A DNA stretch of 64,000 nt from Alphaproteobacteria bacterium. GTDB taxonomy: Bacteria; Pseudomonadota; Alphaproteobacteria; Rs-D84. How positions within the stretch are numbered: position 1 is the stretch's first letter; each line of letters opens with the position of its first letter. This document shows positions 27,569 through 36,800 of the stretch, one piece after another. The position numbers and the translations under genes were made by a program. Below the pieces are notes generated by a model, which was not told the DNA's origin, ran no database searches, and saw only the letters and a list, made by a program, of their open reading frames with translations. The stretch spans positions 1,114-65,113 of the forward strand of contig JAFYUU010000019.1 of assembly GCA_017549445.1 (NCBI GenBank). The letters are read 5' to 3'.

Positions 27569-27964
27569 ATGGCAAATTTTCTGCGAAAGATGTTTTTGTC
27601 TGAACCAAAATGGAAGACACTGGACATTATAGAAAACTATCAAATGCTGACACACACATATACCAAGTGGACCGAGCCAGGCAATCACCACTCGATGTGC
27701 AGATACAATCGGGCCGTTCGGGAATTTACTGCACGCAGGGGGAATAATCTGGTGGTGGCACGTCACGACTATGACGAGAAAAAAGAAAGACCATCCAGTC
27801 CACAGGAAATTGTGCAATATCCACTGACCATTTCTGTGACCGTTTTCAACACAAAAGATGACCGTGAAGTTCCTGTGTATTGCGAAGTTGATGGTGCTTT
27901 TGCATCCAGGGTTTATTATAAAATGAAAGACATTTACGAAAAGCAAAACGGACGCATAAAGTAA
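27569..27964 (+). CDS. hypothetical protein, paralog B of a tandem pair
   Basis: Start at MANFLRKMFLSEPKWKTLDIIENYQMLT, clearly similar to the paralog A N-terminus. Confidence 0.5.
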   Translation: MANFLRKMFLSEPKWKTLDIIENYQMLTHTYTKWTEPGNHHSMCRYNRAVREFTARRGNNLVVARHDYDEKKERPSSPQEIVQYPLTISVTVFNTKDDREVPVYCEVDGAFASRVYYKMKDIYEKQNGRIK

Positions 27965-27982
27965 AAACCAAGGAAGCAATAA

Positions 27983-28369
27983 ATGCTGGGCGAACTGGAA
28001 AATTTACATAAACTTTGTTTTCCTCACAAACCGTGGACGGCACAGGATTTTGCCGACCTGAAAAAATCGGGTTGTGACATAATCGCCAGTCAAAATGGTT
28101 TTATTGTTTATCGTGTTGTTTGTGACGAAGCAGAAATTATCACAATTGGGGTGAACCCTGATGCACGCAGAACTGGTATCGCAAATGCAATGCTGGGGAT
28201 TGTGTTTGGTGACTTGAAAAAACGGGGTGTAAAACATATATTTTTAGAGGTTGCGGTGGACAATAAACCTGCAATCGCATTGTATGAACAAAATGGGTTT
28301 GTTCGTGTTGGTGTGCGTCCAAAATACTATGACGGCATCGATGCAATTATGATGGAGAAAAATATATGA
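27983..28369 (+). CDS. rimI: ribosomal-protein-alanine N-acetyltransferase (GNAT)
   Basis: 128 aa. The GNAT core reads IITIGVNPDARRTGIANAML...FLEVAVDNKPAIALYEQNGF. The tsaB context supports the call. Confidence 0.7.
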   Translation: MLGELENLHKLCFPHKPWTAQDFADLKKSGCDIIASQNGFIVYRVVCDEAEIITIGVNPDARRTGIANAMLGIVFGDLKKRGVKHIFLEVAVDNKPAIALYEQNGFVRVGVRPKYYDGIDAIMMEKNI

Positions 28370-29376
28370 AACAATATGTGTGCAGTAATTCTTGGTTGAT
28401 AAAAGAAGCACCAAAGAACGCACAAATGTTGCAGAAATTTCAATACGCATCTGATGTGCCAATTGACCAGTTGGCGGTCGTAATTCTGGGGGGGGCATTG
28501 ACGACAAACGACCGGGCAGGATATGGATACATTCAGCATATCGCACCCGTTGTTGCACAAGGCGGTGGGGCAAATGTATTTTGTGCAATTTACGATTTCC
28601 AATCGCTGGACCCAATGCTGGTCAAGGCAAATGTATTTCGTAAAAACGGGAAAAGATACACACTGGACGAAGACAAGTCCACAGCAAATCGCAAAGAAGA
28701 AGAACTGAAACAAATTTATGCAAATGAGCCCATTCCTGGATATATCCTGGACCTATACGACACTTTGTTTGACACCAGAATTGTGCCAGACAATCCACAA
28801 CAAACAATTGCTAATTTTCGTAATTTAATTTTCTATACTCATTGTCATGGTGGGGTGGCGTTGTGCCAACTGTCTGATTTGTTGGAACAAGGATTAAAAG
28901 ATGCAGGTTTTTCAGAAAATCATATCCAGACAATTATGAAAAATATTGTCGCAATTCAGCATAATCCAACCGGCCCACTGCATGGAACAAAATTTACAAC
29001 TGTGAATTTTGCATCTGCATCAGACGACACACTGAACTGGCACGATGATATTTCTAAACAAATACTGAAACAAGATACTTTGGTGCCAACATACGTGGAC
29101 AAAGTGAAACTGTTTGTGGCAGGTAAATTGAAAATCAAAAATGGTGCAGAACATGGTTTTAGTGATGGATATAAAACCGAACCTGGTGAAAAACGTCTGA
29201 CCGACAATGGCAAGATTATTTTTGGTGCGGAACAAAATGCGTTGAAAAATGCTGTGCGTGCGGTGCATAATCATCAACCTGTGCCAAGTCCGGAAATTCT
29301 GGTTTCTGGGGATAAAATCACATTTAGTGAATCCTTTAATCATTCACAAAATCCAAAACCCGACTATCAAAGATAA
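28366..29376 (+). CDS. hypothetical protein
   Basis: 336 aa. ATGA overlap with rimI. No domain recognised. Confidence 0.5.
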   Translation: MKQYVCSNSWLIKEAPKNAQMLQKFQYASDVPIDQLAVVILGGALTTNDRAGYGYIQHIAPVVAQGGGANVFCAIYDFQSLDPMLVKANVFRKNGKRYTLDEDKSTANRKEEELKQIYANEPIPGYILDLYDTLFDTRIVPDNPQQTIANFRNLIFYTHCHGGVALCQLSDLLEQGLKDAGFSENHIQTIMKNIVAIQHNPTGPLHGTKFTTVNFASASDDTLNWHDDISKQILKQDTLVPTYVDKVKLFVAGKLKIKNGAEHGFSDGYKTEPGEKRLTDNGKIIFGAEQNALKNAVRAVHNHQPVPSPEILVSGDKITFSESFNHSQNPKPDYQR

Positions 29377-30616
29377 CATCGTGAACACGTATCGGTGATG
29401 CAACGTGCATATCGCCCGCAGAACGTGTGCGAGACAAGGCAACATATGCCTGGCCGTGGGCAAATGCACCACGGGACATATCAACGACAACCGCATCTAA
29501 TGTTTTTCCCTGGGCCTTGTGTATGGTCATGGCATAGCCCAGATTTAGTGGAAACTGTTTGTAATTGCCAACTTCGTTTTCAACAACACGATCGTTTTCG
29601 TCACGACTGTATTCTATCTTTTCCCATTTTTCAGGTCTGACCGTCACAATTTCGTGATTGTCTGACAGCAACTGAACCGTTATAGAACGGGCGGTTAAAT
29701 CACGCACAATGCCCATCGACCCGTTATGCCATTTGTCGCCGTTCTTTACAAAAACAACCAAGGCACCGACCTTTAACGTCAGGTTCAGGGGTGCAGGCAC
29801 ATCACGTTCGGAAAATGTTCCCGACAGGGTTCCGGTGTACATTACCTGGGGCGATGAAATCTGGGCCAAGCGTGACGAGTTTATGCGTTCGGCAACCGCA
29901 CGAAACGGTGTAATCAAAACCGCATTTGCACGACGTTCTTCGTCCGTAATTTTGCATGAATTGAAAAATGACAGTGATGCAGTATCTTGATTACGCAGGC
30001 GTTGCAGATTTTCCAACAATGGCATATCGTTCTGGCGATATACCATATCAAAATTAAACCGAATAAAGTCCGCACGTTTATAGACATTGCTGTCAAAGAA
30101 ATATGCGTTGGGGTGTTCGTATGCAGTTGCATAATATTCCGTAGATGCGTTTGTAATAACGGGTGGCAACTGGAACAAATCGCCAATGGCAACAACCTGG
30201 ATACCGCCAAAGGGGGCATTGTTGCGACGGGCCGAACGTGCCAATATATCAATCGCATCCAGCAAATCGGGGGCAACCATGGAAATTTCATCTATTATCA
30301 AAACATCGGTTGCGTTCAATATGTTGCGTGGTTTGGCCTTTAACTTTAACAATTCTGGCAGGATAAAATCACGGGGCTGAATCTGAAACAGCGAGTGTAT
30401 TGTCTGGCCCCCGATGTTTAATGCAGATACCGCCGTGGGACACGCACATACAATTCGCTTGTTCAAGGCGGATTTTAGATAATTTACAAATGTTGACTTG
30501 CCCGTGCCCGCCTGGCCCAGAATCAAAATGTTGGAATTTGTGTTCTGTATCGCATTAAAGGCGGATATTTGTGTGTCGTTCAAAATCGGTGCAATCAATG
30601 TCATAGTCAATATCAT
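29336..30616 (-). CDS. PIF1/RecD-like SF1B DNA helicase
   Basis: 426 aa. Walker A GQAGTGKST and Walker B VLIIDEISMV. Also GDLFQLPPV and TIHKAQGKTLD. Confidence 0.8.
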   Translation of the reverse strand: MILTMTLIAPILNDTQISAFNAIQNTNSNILILGQAGTGKSTFVNYLKSALNKRIVCACPTAVSALNIGGQTIHSLFQIQPRDFILPELLKLKAKPRNILNATDVLIIDEISMVAPDLLDAIDILARSARRNNAPFGGIQVVAIGDLFQLPPVITNASTEYYATAYEHPNAYFFDSNVYKRADFIRFNFDMVYRQNDMPLLENLQRLRNQDTASLSFFNSCKITDEERRANAVLITPFRAVAERINSSRLAQISSPQVMYTGTLSGTFSERDVPAPLNLTLKVGALVVFVKNGDKWHNGSMGIVRDLTARSITVQLLSDNHEIVTVRPEKWEKIEYSRDENDRVVENEVGNYKQFPLNLGYAMTIHKAQGKTLDAVVVDMSRGAFAHGQAYVALSRTRSAGDMHVASPIRVHDVIFDSRVLDFVND

Positions 30617-30689
30617 TACATAAAACTTTTACAAATATAATAAAAATTTATCTTGCAACAAAAATGAAAATAAATATAATAGGCGACGT

Positions 30690-30765
30690 GGGTTAGTAGC
30701 TCAGTGGTTAGAGCGGAGCGCTCATAACGCTTTGGTCGTGGGTTCAAGTCCTACCTAACCCACCA
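30690..30765 (+). tRNA. tRNA with CAU anticodon (elongator tRNA-Met or tRNA-Ile2/lysidine)
   Basis: GGGTTAG TA GCTC AGTGGTTA GAGC G GAGCG CTCATAA CGCTT TGGTC GTGGG TTCAAGT CCTAC CTAACCC A CCA. The G1-C72 pair argues against an initiator tRNA. Confidence 0.85.
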
Positions 30766-30773
30766 AGTTCAAG

Positions 30774-30798
30774 TCCGTCCAATGTGACGGATTTTTTT
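30774..30798 (+). terminator. rho-independent terminator after tRNA
   Basis: TCCGTC-CAATGT-GACGGA followed by TTTTTTT. Confidence 0.7.
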
Positions 30799-30860
30799 AT
30801 TTTTTTACTTGTGCGGGCGGGGCAAAATTTACTACCATTAAACACAAAAGAGAGGAAGTT

Positions 30861-33800
30861 ATGGGAAAATTACGCCGTTTTCTGGGACTTTTTGTATGTT
30901 TTATGACACTGATTTTTGCGTCAAATTCGTTTGCTGCGGGTTATACGTGCCCCGACTTGAAGAAGTATATTTCATGTAATACAAACAAACATTTGACCAG
31001 CACCGAGGTCGGAAACAGTTGCGTAGATTGCCCAGACAACAGTGTATCAGACGGAACAACCACATATTGCACATGCAATACGGGATATGAAAACCCAGAC
31101 GGTATTGAACAGGGTCAGGTTGTAAATGGCGAAAAATGCACAATCAAGTCCGCACCTTCAACGATGTATTATCTGACACTGGAAGCAAATGGTGGTGCGA
31201 TAGATATCAGTGGTTTTGACAACTGCTCGGCAACGGATACGGGGGCAAAATGTTCGTGCACAAATGGTGTTTGTAATTTGCCAGCCACATCGGCCATGAC
31301 ACGTGATGGATATCAGGCACTGGGGTGGGCAAAATCCAGCAGTGCAACCAGTGCAGAATACACAACCGAAATAACAATATTGGCCGATACAACACTGTAT
31401 GCGGTGTGGGATGGTTCCTGTGAAGAAGTTGCCGTTTATTATGAAGAAGGTAATCAAGGTAATAATCCAGACAAACTGTATATGAAAAACGAATTGACCA
31501 AGGTGACGTTCTATTCTGATGCATCCTGTTCAACACAGTTCACAAAATTCCCAAGCGACCCAACACCCACGGGATATGATTTCTATGGATTTTATACCGC
31601 CAGTAATGTCCTGGGGACAAAGCACTTTGATACTGACCTGACGTGGGTTGAATCAGCAGGCGGTCATGCCATCAATGATAGCAAGGCACTGTATGCAGTA
31701 TTTTTGGAATGTAAATATACTGTGGAATTTAATGCAAATGGCGGTTCAGGCACCAAAACAAGTGAAGAATGGACATACGGCATAACACATGACATACCTG
31801 AAAACCCATTTACAAGGGACGGATACACGTTCAAGGGTTGGTCCAATGAACCAGACGGTGAAATTTATACAATAACCATTCCTTCGTTGGCCACAACGTG
31901 CGGCGATACGGTCACGTTGTATGCAATTTGGGAAGAAAACGAAGATGATAAAATTACCATCACATTCAGTTGTGGCGAAGGTCAGGAATTGCAGACATTG
32001 CCAGAAAGTTTCAAGGTGGATTTTGACGAAGAATTTACAATTGATCTGGACCCCGCCGATTACTGCAAACGTGATGGATATCATTTACAGACCCAAGAAG
32101 AAGACAATGGAACATATGCACGCACATGGAATTTGACCACAAACACAGGAAAATCACGAACGCTGACGCTTTCGAACAATTCGGAATCATATAATTCACT
32201 GTCAAATCCAGGTCTTACGTCAGTGACGGTCACGCCATATTATGAACCAAATTTTATTTATATGAAATATACTGTAAACAATAAGGATCGTCTGATTTTA
32301 TCTCATCTGGGCGAAGATTTTGAGCTGGGCGATGTGATCCCATCGTGCATATATGGCAAAACATTTACATTTGCTGAATTAAGTAGTGATGCATACGAAT
32401 CATATGGACCATGGGTTCGTAACGAAAATGGGAAAGCATACCAACAGGGACAGACCATCAACTGCACATACGAAGAATTGGGGGTCTATGGTGGGTTTAT
32501 GTCACAGTCCTTTTATGATGGCAGAAACTCTAAATGGATAATGAACGATGGAACGCTTATAGATTCGGCAGATGGAAACTATGCTGACAGATATGAAGCG
32601 ACATTTAACGCAACGGCGGTTCCAAGAAAATTCAATATTACGTATGAGTTAAACGGTGGAACAAATAATTCTGAAAACCCAAATACATACGATGTTGAAA
32701 CGGTTGTCAAGTTCAAAACCCCAACACGGGCAAACAGTGATTTTGTTGGTTGGTATAAAGAAAGCACATTTGCAACAGATATCGCCAATACATCAGCAGT
32801 AATGGGGGATTTGACACTGTATGCAAAGTGGACGTGCAAGGATGGATATAATGCAAATGCCGACAACACGGCGTGTGTATCAAACGCAGTCACGGTGAAA
32901 TATGCAGTGTCAGATACAAGACACTGGAACAATTGGGTTGCCCCCAGTTCCCCAACAGAATGTCCAGTTGGTGGGGCATGCACAATTCCAGAACCTGTAT
33001 CCGAAACAGCCAGCGGTTATGCGTTCAAGGAATGGAGATGCACACTGACCAACGGGGCAGATTGCGGAACGTTCCGACCAGGTGATACACTGACCGCAAG
33101 TGCGGACTGGGTCGCCGCAAGCCAGGAAATTACACTGACTGCATATACTCGTAGCACAACGTATGTTGTCCAGGTGTATGGTGGTGCAGGAACATACAAA
33201 GCATTTAATTGCACATATGGTGTGGATTGCAATCTGAATTCATTAGTATCACAGGTCGGTGCCGACAGTTCTAAATTGATTGGACTGGTGTGCCAGAATA
33301 CAGTCAATCAGATACCTGATGTTTGTGAAACGGGTATGTCTATTCCATTGGGAACCGTTTGGAACCTGCCCCATTCGGTCAAAGGAGACGATGATACGAT
33401 TAAACTGAATCTGAACGTTGGATTGGTTTATCAATGCAGTCGTGGGCAATATCTGGTTGCACCAAGTTCTACCAGTGCTATGTCCTGTGCGGCGTGTCCG
33501 AAAAACTCATACTGCGGTGGGCAAGATGGTAATGGAACCGACACAGAAGCAAATTATCAATTCGCATATATGAATTCTGATAAGTATAAGACATCATGTG
33601 CAACTGCGACCAACAATGTATATTCCTATACCGAAGGAACCGACAGTTATTCGGTAAATCAATGCTATCGCAACTGCACAAGTGATGACGTCCCGACTGG
33701 GCAAAAACTGACGGGGGGGACACTGTTCGCAGATGGTTCGGGAACATGTGAATACGAATGCGTGGATGGTTATTACTGTCCGCCTGATGCAGATCCAGTA

Positions 33801-36800
33801 GAATGTCCAGAAGATGACAAGGGACGCTCGGTTCGTTCACCTGCAAACGCAACAAGTGCGGCGGACTGCTTTGTTGAGTGCGAAGACCTGGACGGGGTGT
33901 CGGCAGACAAGGTGATTATCAATTATGAGAATGATTCTTATCCTGCGTGTGAATACAGTGGAATTGATTGCCCAGATGGTCAGCATCTGAATGATGCCAA
34001 GGACGGGTGCGTGGCAAATACCTTTACCGTTCAATTCGACAATGGCGATGGTGCGACAGGGACGATGAATAGCGTTCTCGTGACATATAACGATGGGACA
34101 GTGGCACCAAAACATGGATTTACCGTGCCACAGCCCGCCGGCAGCCAGGAATTTGTGCAATGGTCATGTGCATCAAAATACGGTTCTTGTGGCACAGTGA
34201 TGCCGGGCGAAAACATCAGCACAATTACCGATGTTCACGACGATGTAATTACGCTGACCGCCATTTGGGAGGCCGTGACATTCACAATCACATACGATAA
34301 AAATGCAAGTGACGCAACGGCAGGCGAACCCGCAACCGCCCAGGTTAAATACGGAGATATGTTTCCAGAACTGGACTTGCGTCCGACACGTGCAGGATAT
34401 TCGTTCGGCGGATATTATCCATCGACTTCTTGTTCAAATGGGTTGCCGGGGGCATATCTGGCAAACGGACAACCAAATGCCCAATTCTTGGAAACGAAAG
34501 ATATAACATTGTATGCATGTTGGATTGCATGTGCACCGGGGTCTTTCTGTGGGCCAGACACACCAGACGAACAGGGATGCCCATCAGATGATGAAGGACG
34601 TAAGGTTTCTTCGCCAGCAGGGGCGACACAAAGTTCGGACTGCTTTGTCCAGTGCTTTGATGGCACAGTTGACAATGGTTCATACTCGCCCGTGGCTGAT
34701 GAAATTCATTATGCAAATGGTAAATACGCATCGTGCGAATACAATGTATCGTGTAATGGTGGGTATCACGCAAATGGTTTGGCATGTGATGCAAATGTGT
34801 TCAATGTGAAATACAGTGCAGGTTCTGGCACAGGCACAGGACCGGCCAGCCCATTGCAGTGCACGTATGGTCAGAACTGCCCTGCCCCGTCAAACACATA
34901 TACCTATCCTGGGTTCGTGTTCACGAATTGGGCATGCACATTGGCCGATGGGTCTTCTTGTGGCAATGTAGAAGCCGGTGATGATATCAGCACAAAAACA
35001 CAGGTTGAAAACGCAACAATTACACTGACCGCACAGTGGCAGGCAATGGGCGATGGGGTATGCTATGCCGGAATGTATTTTGACGGCAGTGCAATGGTCA
35101 CATGTCCACAGGGCAGTTTCTGTGACGGCAGTGGGACATATCCAAACTGTCATATTGAAACATGTGATTCTGGATACAATACAGATGGCACAGGTGCCAA
35201 GGGCGAAAGCAGTTGTAAAAAGCAATCCGTAGCATCGTGCGTGTTGCCTGCGTCCTGTCCAGATGGGGTGGCAAAGTGCGAATTTGACACAGATGATACC
35301 TATGAATGCACAATGGTTCAGGGAACAGCAGGTTGCACACCAAACGCAGGTGTTGATACGGCATGCCCACTGATTGTGCCAGAAAATCCAGACCCAACAG
35401 ACCCAGAAATTACATGTTCCGCAGGTTATTACTTTGACCCAAGCGATAAGGAATCGCCATGTAAGAAATGCTCTGAACTGGGTGGTGGATTCACACTGTC
35501 TGCAAATGGGAACTTTGCGGGACCTGGTGTGTGCTATAAGGTTTGTTCCGAGGACTGTCCAGAATGCCCACAGAACCAAGTGTGCAACAGTGGAAACTGG
35601 GGCAATACTTTGTCAGGGAAACAATACTATAACACAACCAGATGTGTGTTGGATAATGGCGAGCAATGTGGCAATGGCAGTGGTGATGTAGCATGCAACC
35701 CAGGATTCTATCCAGTGAACGGCGTGTGTGTTGAGTGTGAAGAAGGCGATTACTGTGATGGAAATGAATCCGAGCCGTGTCCATCGTCTCATCCAAATTC
35801 TGATGCACAGAACAGTGATAAAAACATGTGCTATGCGGATTGCACGACAAATGATGTCACAAATTCCACAAGTGTGTCGGGTATTAAATACTATGGTGGT
35901 GATAACACGTGCCAGGCAACAATGTGCAAAGCAGGTTTCTATCTGGAAAAAGGCAAGTGTGTGTCCTGTCCAGAGAACGAAGTTTGCGATGGCGAAACAC
36001 GCAAGACATGTTCGGAACTGACCGGTGGAGAATTCCCATTGGGCACCGCAAACAATGGCGATAAAAATAAATGCTATCGTGAATGTTCGACAAGCGACCT
36101 GCCCGATGCAGATCCAGATGCAATAACAGGTAATGTGTATGCAGACGGGACAAAGACCTGTTCGGCAAGCGGGTGTCAGCCAGGACATTACCCAGACGGC
36201 AATGGTGGATGCACCGATTGTGAACCAGGCGATTACTGTGATGGAAATGAATCCGTGTCGTGTCCGCCAGATTATCCGAAATCTGATGCGAATGCAGAAA
36301 GCGTCAATGATTGCTATGCAGATTGCACAACGACAGATATTGCAAATTCTGCAACAGTATCGGGAATTAAATACTATAATCAGCCAAAACAATGCAAACT
36401 GGGGCGGTGCCAATCGGGATATAAACCTGTGAACAACACATGTGAAAAATGTGGCGAAGGCGAGATTTGCGATGGTGGCGAAGACACCACCTGTCAGCCA
36501 GGATATTATCCAAACGGCAATGGAGGATGCGTGGAATGTGAGCCAGGCAACGTCTGTGATGGCAAAGGGAAAACTGCATGTCCTTCGTCCCATCCGAATT
36601 CGGCCGCAAAAAATAGCGACAAGAACAAGTGCTATACAAACTGCACATCGGCCGATATTCCAAACGCAGGAACGGTAAGCGGTATCAAATACTATGATGG
36701 CACAAATACCTGTTCGGCAAGTGGTTGTCAATCAGGATACTATCCAAAAGGTGGTGAATGCCTGCCATGCGAGCCGGGGAATGTCTGTGACGGGAAAGGA

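Noticed and set aside
35613-36731. 372-aa ORF, with many shorter ones, antisense to the giant gene.
   Set aside because: It lies entirely inside a much longer sense ORF with clear domain repeats. Its Cys/Ile/Arg-rich translation is the mirror of the repetitive TGY/GAY-rich codons. It has no RBS or independent motif.
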